From Octopus sinensis (taxonomy: Eukaryota): a stretch of 64,000 nt of DNA. The stretch is taken from NCBI RefSeq assembly GCF_006345805.1, contig NC_043003.1, forward strand, positions 64,108,001-64,172,000, written 5' to 3'. How positions within the stretch are numbered: the first letter of the stretch is position 1; every line of letters begins with the position of its first letter. A program made the position numbers and the translations under genes. The notes beneath the pieces are model-generated. The model did not search any database. It was not told the origin of the DNA and saw only the letters and a program-made list of their open reading frames with translations. This document shows, piece by piece, positions 26,065 to 38,272 of the stretch.

Positions 26065-26241
26065 GATCCCCATCCAGAAAACTAGAGAAAGAACTGCAGA
26101 AAATTAAAACCACACCAGTCCGTGTTCTTCAACCTCCAACTTGGAATAAATGTGGCCGTCCAAAGAATGGATTAGTTCTGCTGGAAGACAACACTTACCT
26201 GTGTGCCCGTTACAGGGACCCTCACAATAAATTGGTATTAG
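26065..26241 (+). CDS. fj: Four-jointed-like kinase, coding exon 2 (177 nt, phase 1-1)
   Basis: Polypyrimidine tract and TTTCAG acceptor before 26065, donor TAG|GTAAGT after 26241. In frame with exon 1: (G)SPSRKLEKELQKIKTTPVRVLQPPTWNKCGRPKNGLVLLEDNTYLCARYRDPHNKLVL(G), matching the Fj motif CGRxxNRL..DGTxxCxRY. Absent from the ORF track because it has no start codon. Confidence 0.92.
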
Positions 26242-26399
26242 GTAAGTATCTTTATTAGTAGTCTTTTAAATTTTAACTCCAGTAAGAACTAACATATTAC
26301 AAGCAGGTCTTGTGGAAATACAAGAAGAGGCTCTACAAATGTGATGAGAACTGCAGACTAACCATCTACTATAATAATACTCTTGTATTTTTCTCTGTC

Positions 26400-27200
26400 A
26401 CAACATATGAATGAGAAAGGAAGGGGTGATAGATGAATAAGGAAGGAATGGGTGATGGCAAACTTGGTAGTGGGATGGTGGAAGTTCTACAGTGAAAGAA
26501 AAAATATCAAACAGCATTTCAACTCTGTATGAGTATATGTGTGTGTATGTAAAAGGAGGTATGTGAATGTTTGTGTGTGTGTGTGTGTGTGTGTGTGCAA
26601 TGGAGATGGTGAACATTCAATGCTGATCAGAAAACTCAAACAGCATTTCAACTCTGTGTGAGTATATGTGTGTATGTGTGTGCGTGTACAAGGGAAGTAT
26701 GTGAATGTTTGTATGTGCGATTATTTTGTACCTTATTTATTTATAAAATTCTACAATTAGCTGTCTTTTTTGATAGCACAGGGCCAGCTAGTCTGGTATG
26801 ATAATAATCATGTTTTTCTCCGACACAACATATGAATGAGAAAGGAAGGGGTGATAGACGAATAAGGAAGGAAGGGGTGATGGCAAACTTAGTAGTGGGA
26901 GCGTTTCAACTCTGTGTGAGTATCTGTGTGTGTATGTAAAAGGCAGGTATCTGAATGTTTGTGTGTGTGTCTGTGGAAGTGGGATGGTGAACATGCAACG
27001 CTGAAAAGAAAAATCAAACAGCATTTCAACTCTGCGTGAATATATGTGTGTGTGTGTACAAGGGAAGTAAGTGAATGTTTGTATGTGTGAACTAGTGTTC
27101 TTTAGGTAACAAATGATGATCAATGTCAAATCTCAAAAGACAACCACTAGATAACATTGACATTAGCCATCATTTTTCATGGCATGGGGCCAGCTAGTGG
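26400..27200 (+). repeat. Diverged tandem duplication (~410-425-bp unit) just downstream of exon 2
   Basis: ACAACATATGAATGAGAAAGGAAGGGGTGATAGA occurs at ~26400 and ~26826. Each unit contains two AAACAGCATTTCAACTCTG..GTGAATGTTTGT subunits. GGGCCAGCTAGT occurs at ~26781 and ~27187. Confidence 0.85.
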
Positions 27201-28558
27201 TAAAATAAAACTGAATACACACTTTCGGTTAGACTCATTTAACTCATTTTGAAATATAAATTACATTAAAATGATAATTATGATATTGGTTTCAAATTTT
27301 GGCACAAGGCCAGCAAGTTTGGGCCAGGGGTAAGTCGATTACATCAGCCCCAGTATTCAGCTGGTATCTTAATTCATCAACCCTTAAAAGATCATCATCA
27401 TCATCATCATCATCATCATCTTCGTTTAACATCCGCTTTCCATGCTAGCATAGGTTGGACGATTTGACTGAGGTCTGGCGAACCAGACGGCTGCTCCAGA
27501 CTCCAATCTGATCTGGCGGAGTTTCTATAGCTGGATGCCCTTCCTAATGCCAACCACTCCGAGAGTGTAGTGGATACTTTTATGTGCCACCAGCACGAGG
27601 GCCAGTCAGGCGGTACTGGCAAAGGCCACACTCAAATGGTGCTTTTTATGTACCACCTGCACAGTAGCCAGTCCAGCGGCACTGGCAAAGACCTCGCTTG
27701 AGTGCTTTTTCACGTGCCACCAGCACAAGTGCCAGTAAGGCAATGCAAGTAATGATCATGCTCGAATGGTGCTATTTACATGCCACTGGCACGGAAAGTC
27801 AAAATCGACTTCAGTGAAATTTGAACTCAAAATCTAAAGACAGACGAAATGCCATGAAGCATTTTGCTGAGCATGCTAACAATTCTTTCAGCTTACCACC
27901 TTAAATGACAATTATGATGTTGATTAGAGAATAGATTATATTGATTACAAGCCATATTTATCACTTTGAGAGATGTTTAATCAAATTTATTGACATAGGC
28001 GTAGGAGTAGCTGTGTGTTAAGTAGCTTGCTTACCAACCACATGGTTTCAGGTTCAGTCCCACTGCGTGGCACCTTGGGCAAGTGTCTTCTACTATAGCC
28101 TTAGGCCGACCAAAGGCTTGTGAGTGGATTTGCTAGAGGGAAACTGAAAGAAGTCCGTTGCATATATGTATATATATATTTGTGTGTATGTATATATGCT
28201 TGTGTGTGTGTTTGTCCCCCCAACATCACTTGAAAACCAATGCTGGTGTGCTTACATCCCTGTAACTTAGTGGTTCAGCAAAAGAAACCGATAGAATAAG
28301 TCCTGGGGTCAGTTTGCTCAACTAAAGGTGGTGCTCCAGCATGGCCACAGTCAAATGACTGAAATAAGCAAAAGAGTAAAATAGTTAGAGCAGATGACAT
28401 TAAAATCATACTTTTGATTTTTTAAAAATATTTATCTTTTCACTGAGTGGCACCTTGGGCAAGTTTCTTCTTCTATAGCCTTGGGCTGACCAAAACCTTG
28501 TGAGTGGATTTGGTAGATGGAAACAGAAAGAAGCCCACTGTGTATGTATATGTGTGTG

Positions 28559-28591
<33 letters not shown>

Positions 28592-28664
28592 ATGTATATA
28601 TATATATATATATGTACGTGTATATACATATATATGTATGTATGTATATATATATATATACATG

Positions 28665-28743
<79 letters not shown>

Positions 28744-30398
28744 GTGTATGCTTGTGTGTCTGTGTTTGTCCCCCCACCATTGTTTGACAACCGATGCTGG
28801 TGTGTTTACGTACCCGTAACTTAGCGGTTTTGGCAAAAGAGACCAATAGAATAAGTACTAGGCTTACAAAGAAAAAGCCCTTGGTGCGATTAGTTCGACC
28901 TAAAGGCGGTGCTCCAGCATGGCCGCAGTCAAATAACTGAAACAAATGAAAGAATGAAAGAAAGAATCCTTTGAGGGTCTGGAATTAATAAAAAGCTTAA
29001 GAACCCTCAGCATAGAGACTTCCTTAAAGGCTTTTATATGGTAGTTTCATGAGGTGCAATAGCCAATAACTGCAGCCAAACTCATTATGGATACAGCACA
29101 ACCAGAATTTCCTGCAATACAAAGTCGAAAATGTACAACTTTTATCTCATTCCCACTACCTCCACCCCACCGAAATTACCATATAATATATGGAAGAATT
29201 TTAATTATCAGAACGTATATAGCATCAATTAAGACCATTAAATGGATGATAATTATACCACAACACAGAAGTAGACCACACCACGAAGTAGCATAGCTAA
29301 TTAATCACATCTCTCGACATGACACAGTAATATTGGAAATCTTAATGAGTTCTAGAATTACTGTGTATAATATAGATATCAGAGATTACAGTATAGTGCT
29401 ATATGAAATTACACAACATCCTAATCCTTGCTACACATTAATATAATAAGTGTCATTAATCCATCCAATTATATTAAGTTACTTAATGCATTAATAAATG
29501 TGAGTGTGTGTGTGTGTGTGTGAGTAGATGGATAGATATAGATATATATATTTTTCACTGTTTCTTTTTCTTTCTCTCTCTGTTTATTTTCTCTTATTCC
29601 TTTCTGCTGAAGAGTGTATGCTCAAAATGAAAAAGACTTCTTCATATTTCCCAAGTGTCAACCTAATGCACTTGCTTGTTGTTCATACACCTGTCTTTGT
29701 TTTTTGTTTTTCTATAAATTTCAACGATTAATATACATATATATATATAAATCTTGAATTATGGCAAGAAATATCAAATGAACTAATGGTTCTTCACCAT
29801 TTCATGTCATATGGGACTCCTGAAGATTTTGGAGGAATTATCTAGCAGAAACTGTAGCTGGGATAAATAAATAAATAAGTAGATAATCTATAGGCACAGG
29901 AGTGGTAAGTAGCTTGCTTACCAACCACATGGTTCCAGGTTCAGTCCTACTGCGTGGTACCTTGGGCAAGTGTCTTCTACTATAGCCTCGGGCCGACCAA
30001 AGCCTTGTGAGTAGATTTGGTAGACGGAAACTGAAAGAAGCCCGTCGTATATATGTATGTATGTATATATATATATATATATAATATATATATAATATAT
30101 ATATGTATGTTGTGTGTATATGTTTGTGTGTCTGTGTTTGTCTCCCCAACATCGGTTGACAACTGATGCTGGTGTATTTTCGTCCCTGTAACTTAGCAGT
30201 TCGGCAAAAGACACCAATAGAATAAGTACTAGGCTTACAAAGAATAAGTCCTGGGTCGATTTGCTTGACTAAAGGCAGTGCTCCAGCATGTTGAAAGACT
30301 GAAACAAGTAAAAGAGTATAACGTCTGGATAACTAAAGTCTTGAGAGGGAATTTGGTAGAAGGAATCTGAAAGAAGCCACTCACACACATATGTATGA

Positions 30399-30439
<41 letters not shown>

Positions 30440-30853
30440 CTTTCTCTGAAATCACATGATGCTTGTAAACAAGCATCACTGTCATACATGCAGGGTTGCT
30501 CAGTCTTCTGTGGAGATACATATCTGGCTATGGGAAAATATTACCTTGTTTGGAAACAGGTGAAAATTGGTGACAGGAAGGGCTTCTGGCTCTAAAAAAT
30601 ATGCCTCTTGAAACACTGCTTGACCCATACATAGATGGAAAAGTGGCCATTAAATGATAATTGCAATGTTTATGATTCTGTGGCCAAAAATTTCTTAAGA
30701 ACTGACCTAAACTGACATTGTTGTATATGTTATGTCTCTTTATGTCACATAACTTAGCAGTTCAATAACTAAAGACTGATAAAATAACAGACTGACTGAA
30801 GTACTGAGGTGAATACAGTTGACAAAACTTCCTTTATACACTCCTCTTAAATA

Positions 30854-31710
30854 CGAGAAGTCAAAAATTATCCGCACTTTCATCATGACATATCTTCATC
30901 ATTGTCATTCAAGCGTAGCCGGTGCTAGTGCCACCTAATTGGCACCCATATCAGTGGCACATAAAAAGCACCATTCATGCATGGTTGATGCCAGTGCCAC
31001 CTGACTAGCTCCCATGCCAGTGGAATGTAAAAAGCACTCGCTACACTCTCGGAGTGGTTGGCGTTAGGAAGGGCATCCAGTTGTAGAAACATTGCCAGAT
31101 CAGACTGGAGCCTGGTGCAGCTGCTGGCTTTGTAGTCCTCAGTCAAACCATCCAACCCATGCCAGCATGGAAAGCAGACGTTAAACGATGATGATAATGA
31201 TAATAACACTGCCTTTTGCACATGCATGCTTATAGTTGGTACTATTGCGGTCATGTGATCAAAGTTTGAACCTGATCATGCCATTTTTCTTTTGGTTTTA
31301 CAGTGTAAGCATGACAGCTCTACTAGCAAGGTGCACCAAAGAAGAAGAAAGAGCAGTGATCTGAGAGATGATGATGGTTAATTGGTTCACCATTACCATC
31401 TCTCGAGTTTGCTGAATCTTCTCGTCAATGGTGGAGGTTGACAGACGTTCTGCTCCCTCATTGTGTGCCATGCTTGTCCAGCCACTTTTAAACTTCTCAA
31501 TCCACTCACACACACTTCTACGTGGTTGTGCACTGTCCCCGTATTGTGCTAAAAGCCTTCGATTGATTTCAACACCTGACACACCTTCCAACCAGAGAAA
31601 TCAGATCACTGCTCTTTGTTCTTCTTTGGTGCACATTGTTAGTGGAGTGGCCATGCTTACACTGTAAAACCAGAAAGAAAAATGGCATAATCAGGTTCAA
31701 ACTTCGATCA
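30854..31710 (-). mobile_element. Rearranged mariner relic: transposase N-terminus between ~109-bp inverted repeats
   Basis: From ATG 31654 (-): MATPLTMCTKEEQRAVI*FLWLEGVSGVEINRRLLAQYGDSAQPRRSVCEWIEKFKSG.., a mariner HTH. Arms 31256-31364 and 31601-31710 are inverted. TIR-like CGAGAAGTCAAAAATTATCCGCAC at 30854; family-C insert at ~30910-31200. Confidence 0.8.
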
Positions 31711-31999
31711 CACGACAACAATTATATTATTCTATTAGCCTCTCATCAACTAGCACAAAGGCACCTCCCTCAATACTATCTCCCCTCATCTAGGGGATTT
31801 TGTCTTGTCTTGCAAGTTATTTGGTGACCCTACTGGTATTGGTGCCACAAAAAAAAAAAAAAGAAAAGGCATCTGGTACACTCTGTAAAGTGGTTGGCAT
31901 TAGGAAGAGGGTCTAGCTGCCGAAACAGACTGTGGAACTTGGTGCAGTCCTCTGGCTTGCCAGTTTTTGTCAAACCATCGAGCTCATTCTAGCATGGAA

Positions 32000-32011
32000 A
32001 GCATGTTAAAC

Positions 32012-32061
<50 letters not shown>

Positions 32062-32186
32062 CGACGACGACGATGATGATGACAATAACAAGGAGGGGGA
32101 GGAGGATATTGATGATGATGATGACGATCATGGTGATGATGATGACAACGACGATGATGATGATGGTAATGGTGATGATGATGATG
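32000..32186. repeat. (GAT/GAC)n expansion at the tail of a family-C element
   Basis: Follows CATGGAAAGCATGTTAAAC directly and explains the poly-Asp and poly-Met ORFs. Confidence 0.9.
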
Positions 32187-32770
32187 AACTTCCTCTTCTA
32201 AATTTCAAGTCCTGTGCCTGTGTTTAGAAACAAAACCAAATTTTTTTTTTAAATGATTTTGTTCAGCTCCTCAATAATTAAGTAGATCAATGATTAAAGA
32301 CATTCCAACCATGGCCACTGTATTTGTTATTCAAAATTCCATATTTCAGACCATAAAATTCAATGTATCGTCATGTACTTTGTTTTAAACAGCAAAGTAA
32401 TGTGATAAGAGAGGGATTTAATTGCTATTTCTAGCTGAGCCGAGCAATTATATAAAGCCTCCTTCGAAGTATTTTTGTATGGTTCTTCCATACAAATATC
32501 AGCATTTGCCTATTAGAGCAAAATGTTGAAAGAGTTTGGCACCACTTAGAAAAAAAGTTGCAACAACAACAAAAAAAAAAGGGGGAAAATAATAAGAGGT
32601 AGGTTGTCATAACAACCGAAAATTGTTATGGTTGGCAAGAATATTCCTTCATACACATGTATACATACGTACAAATACATACATATGTAGTACATACCTA
32701 CACACATACACACATAGGTGTGTATGTGGAGGTATGTACTTACGTATGCATGTGTTTGTGCAAATGTATG

Positions 32771-32818
<48 letters not shown>

Positions 32819-32876
32819 ATATATATATAATATACATATATATATATTATACATATATATACATATATATATATAT

Positions 32877-32914
<38 letters not shown>

Positions 32915-32985
32915 ATAAATATATATATATATATACACACACATATATGTATACAAACATATGTATATGTACATACATACACACA

Positions 32986-33037
<52 letters not shown>

Positions 33038-33636
33038 TTCATGCAAGCATAACATTCATAGAAACACATACATGCATACGAACAAGCATATACATACATA
33101 AATATATAAACACATACAAACATAATAAAGCATGCATACATGCAAGCATACATACACACACACATATCTATACATACACACATATCTATACATACACATG
33201 TACATATAAATACATAGTTACATACATGTAAATATTCTCAGATCTAACAAGCTTTTGAAGCAGTGTATTTCAAAAGAAAGAAAGAAATATCAAAGCAAAA
33301 CTATTTGCTATTTTACCATCCACAAACTGGCACAACATCAAACGTGCATCCAGAAATGTCAGCGTCTGTTATAGGCCACTGGGTATGAAGTTCAAGTTCC
33401 ATGATCTTCTCTTATATATTAGCAAACTAACGGAGAGTTTGCATGAAGGGAAATCTATAAAATAAAATAGCAAGAACTTGAAATATTTTAACTGGAACTT
33501 TACCAAAGAGTAAACTGCTATTACAAAAAAAAAAAAAAAAACAACAACATAGTTTTCTGAAATACTAAATGCAAATATTTCCCACCTGTATTTCCATACC
33601 ATTCTACTGACCTTATAAACTGCCTCTAAGAGTTAC

Positions 33637-33670
<34 letters not shown>

Positions 33671-35669
33671 GTCGTTATCCTCTTTATCCTCCTCCTCATC
33701 ATCATCATCATCATCATCATCGTCATCACTGTCCGCTTAATGTCTGCGTTTGGTGCTCGCAAGAGTTGGACAGTTCTACAGGATCCTACAAACCTAAGGG
33801 TTGTCTTCATCTCCATTGTCTACTTTGGCAACATTTCTACAACTGGATATTCTTCCAAATACCAAAAACTTCATAAAGTGTGCCAAGTACTTTTATCATC
33901 ATCATCATCATCATTGTTTTATTGTCCACTTTTCCATGCTTGCCCGGGGTTATACAGAATTTTGCAAGGCAGGTTTTCTACAGCCGTATGCTTTTCCTGT
34001 CGCCAACCCTCACATATTTCCAATTAAGGTAATATTTCTCCATGGGCAGACATGTTTTTCTTAAAAGACTGGAAATGAACAACATCACTTATAAAACGGT
34101 CATGTACATTTACAATCATCACATGATGTTTGCACAAAGGTACTCCCACACACTTATATATTTATATCATCATCATCATCATTTAATGACCATTTTCCAT
34201 GCTGCCATGGGTAGCACAGTTTCACAGAAGCTGGCAAGCCAGAGGGCTACACCAGGCTCTAGTCATCTGTTCTGGCATGATTCCCATGGTCAGATGCCCT
34301 TCCTAATGCCAACCCCTTTACAGGGTGTATTGGAGGCGTCTTACATTGCCAGCACAAGTGCCCCTCATGTGGAGCCAACACAGGCGCATTTACATGGCAC
34401 CAGCCTTTTACACACACACACACACATATATATATGTACAATGGGCTTCCTTCAGTTTCTATCAACCAAATTCACTCACAAATCTTTAATCAACCCAGTA
34501 CTATAAAAGAAGACACTTGCCCAAAGTGCCATGCAATGAGAATGAACCCAAAACTACATTGTTAGAAGTCAAGTTTCTTAACCACACACCCATGGCACAC
34601 ACACACACACACATGTAGTCATATATGTGTGTATAACTATCCTTTTACTCTGTTATTTCTTTCAGTCATTTGACTGCGGCCATGCTGGAGCACCGCCTTT
34701 AATCAAACAAATTGACCCCAGGACTTATTCTTTGTAAGCCTAGTACTTATTCTATTGGACTCCTTTGCTGAACTGCTAAGTTATGGGGACATAAAGACAC
34801 CAATGTCAGTTGTCAAGCAATGGTGGGGGAAAAAACACAGACACACAAACACATACATACATACATGACAGGCTTCTTTCAGTTTCCGTCTACCAAATCC
34901 ACTCACAAGGTTTTGGTCGGCTTGAGGTTATAGTAGAAGACACTTGCCTAAGATGCCGCCACGCAATGGGACTGAACCTGGAACCATGTGGTTGGTTAGC
35001 AAGCTACTTACCACACACCCACTCCTGCACACTTATTTTTTTTATTCTCCAAATCTCTCCAATGAAAAATAAATGAAACAATAACAAAAAACAAAAACAA
35101 AACTGAAATAATCTGCACCCAACAAAATATTTCCTTCATCCTGGTGAAGATTCAGGCTATAACAGACAGCTCATCAAGATTATTCAGTGATGTGACCAAG
35201 TGCATCAATAATTACAGATGTATATTCATAAACCTACAATTAAGACGCAGAGTATGTAAGTTCTCTAGCAACTGCCTACAAATATTTTGTTTTTTTCCTT
35301 TCACTGACTTTCACTTCAATGTTTACATCTGCCAAGCAGTTTAAATTCCACAGCAGAAAACATGTACGATTTTTTTGTTTTTATTTTCTCGTTTCATCCC
35401 AGATAATTATATTAAACCTGTTGCACTTGGATTTGATGGCAGTTTTAATTACAATGTGTTTATAATTCATCTAGTTTTAATTGGTATTGTGTAGACTCAG
35501 CTTATATCATCAGTATCTTTAGCAGGGAAGTCCTTCCTACAGTGAGTATTGTATGTTATTTTTATAAGAATATAATACCTCGTAGGGAATATGTTCGTAT
35601 GGAAGGCAACGATAATCTGGTTGGTAGTATAAGCATAGTAAGCTCAAGTGTGAGTTTAGAATAAGTGTA

Positions 35670-36162
35670 GTAATCATCACCACCACCATTGCCATCTCCA
35701 CCACTGCCACTATCATCCTCACCGCTACCACCATCATCACCACTATCATCACCACCATCATCATCATTATCATCAGCACCATCACCACTACCATCATCAC
35801 CGCCACCATCAACATCACCACCATTATCACCACCACCACCATCAGCACCACCACCATCATCATCACCACCATCATCATCATTATCATCAGCACCATCACC
35901 ACTACTCTCATCACTGCCACCATCAACATCACCACCATCACAACCATCATCGTCACCACCACTACCATCATGAGCAGCACCACCACCACCATCATCATCA
36001 CCGCCACCATCATCAACACCATCATCATCATTATCATCAGCACCATCACCTCCACCATCATCACCACCACCACAACCTTCATCGTCACCACCACCATCAT
36101 CGTCATCATCATAACCACCACCACCACCACCATCATAATCATCACCACCACCATCATCATCA
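35670..36162. repeat. Compound (CAC/CAT)n trinucleotide repeat with higher-order units
   Basis: ATCATCATCATTATCATCAGCACCATCACC recurs at ~35757, ~35874 and ~36021. The tract merges into the tail of a minus-strand family-C element. Confidence 0.9.
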
Positions 36163-37922
36163 ATTAACACCTGTATTCCATGCTAGCATGGGTTGGATGG
36201 TTCAACAGGATCCAACTAGTTTGCAGGTGTCTTGGTCTCCTGTGTCTGTTTTAGTATGGGTTCTACAGCTGGATGCTCTTCTCTAATGCCAACCACTTTA
36301 CAGAATGTACTGGGTGTCTTTCTTCAAGGCACCAGCACTTATGGGGTCACCAAGCAACTTGCAAGACAAAACCCCTTCGACAGAGTGAAGTACAGTATTG
36401 AGGGAGGTGGCACTGTGCCAGGTATAGTGAGGCTAGAACAGGTAGGGAGGAGAGGGAAAGGAACAGCAGGAAAGAGAGAAAGAATGGTGGAGATGAGGTA
36501 TCTGGGTAGGCATCAGGGCATAACGTCAAGGTATAAAGGAGGTGCATAGAGAGAGAATAAGAAGTGGGTTGAGGGCAGAGAATTAAGGACAGCAGCGCTG
36601 GTAGACAGGAGGAACAGATGAAGTACAAGGGAGACAGAACATAGTAATTGTTCAATGATATCAGTTGCTTACGTAGACACAAGGACACAATAGGTGCAGG
36701 AGTGGCTGTGTGGTAAATAGTTTGCTTACCAATCACATGGTTCCAGGTTCAGTTCCACTGCATGGCACCTTGGCCAAAGTGTCTTCTACTATAGCCTCCA
36801 GCCAACCAAAGCCTTGTGAGTGGATTTGGTAGATGGAAACTGAAAGAAGCCCATCATATATGTGTGTGTGTGTGTGTGAATGTATGTACATGTGTGTGTA
36901 TATGTTTGTGTGTCTGTGTTTGTCCCCCACAACATTGCTTGACAACTGATGCTGGTGTGTTTACGTCCCCGTAACTTAGTTTGGCTAAAAGAAACCAATA
37001 GAATAAGTACCAGGCTTACAAAGAATAAGTGTTGGGGTTGATTTGCTCAACTAAAGGTGGTGCTCCAGTATGTATGCATGCATAGATACATACATACATA
37101 CATACATACATACATACCAACTAACCAGTCTTGAGAAATTAAAGCCTCTCAAAACCAGAAAGGAGAAAGCTAATTCACAGACTACACATCCAATTCATCA
37201 TTGGAACTGTAAAAATCTGTAAAACTTTCTAGAAGTTTATCATCTAAATATATATGAGCATGTCTAGATATGCAAATATATGCATGAGAATACATGCATA
37301 CATACATTCAAACATACATAAGTACAAAAATACCCTGTTGTTGATGTTGAAATTCCAATGAAGGAGCCTTGGATCGAGATTAGAAACCAGTTCTTTCTCT
37401 ATTGGCAAGAAATCTTGAAACAAACTGAATAATGACAAAAATACATACATATACATGAGTGTGTGTGTGTGTCTGTCTGTCTGAAGGCATGTGGCCTAGT
37501 GGTTTAGATGTTGCACTCACAATTGTTACATCATGGGTTCGAATCCCAGAGCAGGCAGCACATTGTGTTCTAGAGCAAAACATTTCATTTCACATTGCTC
37601 CAGTCCACTCAGCTGCAAATGGGTCACACTTCGATGGAGAAGCCTTCCGATTATAGGAAATGTTGGCCAGCTCATCAGGCCAGTCGGGTGGCATTATTCA
37701 AAAACTAAAACAATATGAAGTGCATTGTAACCAACAATGTATAACAACATTAAATAGTCTGGTCAATACCTTGATGTACATATAAACATATACGTAATAT
37801 GAATGAACACAAAATAGAGGAAGCACAACAACAATCCTTCCATTGAAACCTCGTTCATTACCAAGCTATATATATTTATATATATATATATATGTATATG
37901 TATATATATGTATGTATATATA

Positions 37923-37962
<40 letters not shown>

Positions 37963-38272
37963 GTGGAGGCGCAATGGCCCAGTGGTTTGGGCAGCGGACT
38001 CGTGGTCGTAGGGTCGCAGTTTCGATTCCCAGACCGAGTGTGGTGAGTGTTTATTGAGCGAAAACACCTAAAGTTCCACGAGGCTCCGGCAGGGGGTGGT
38101 GGTGATCCTTGCTGTACTCTTTCGCCACAACTTTCTCTCACTCTTTCTTCTGCTGGCCTGCTCACTTAGCCAGTGGGGTGGCATCATTTGAAGGCTAAAA
38201 CAATGCGAAGCGCATTGAGACCAGCGATGTGCAGCAACATCTGATAGCCTGGTCGGTCATGTGATCACGTGA
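37963..38272 (+). mobile_element. tRNA-derived SINE family E (second copy ~18590-18880 on -)
   Basis: Head GGCGCAATGGCCCAGTGG..GTTTCGATTCCCAGACC. The body GAGCGAAAACACCTAAAG..CTCTTTCGCCACAACTTTCTCTCAC is shared with the reverse complement of 18590-18880. Confidence 0.75.

Noticed and set aside
35537-36170. Gly/Asp-rich and Met/Val-rich 200-aa ORFs
   Set aside because: Pure trinucleotide repeat with no splice or homology support.
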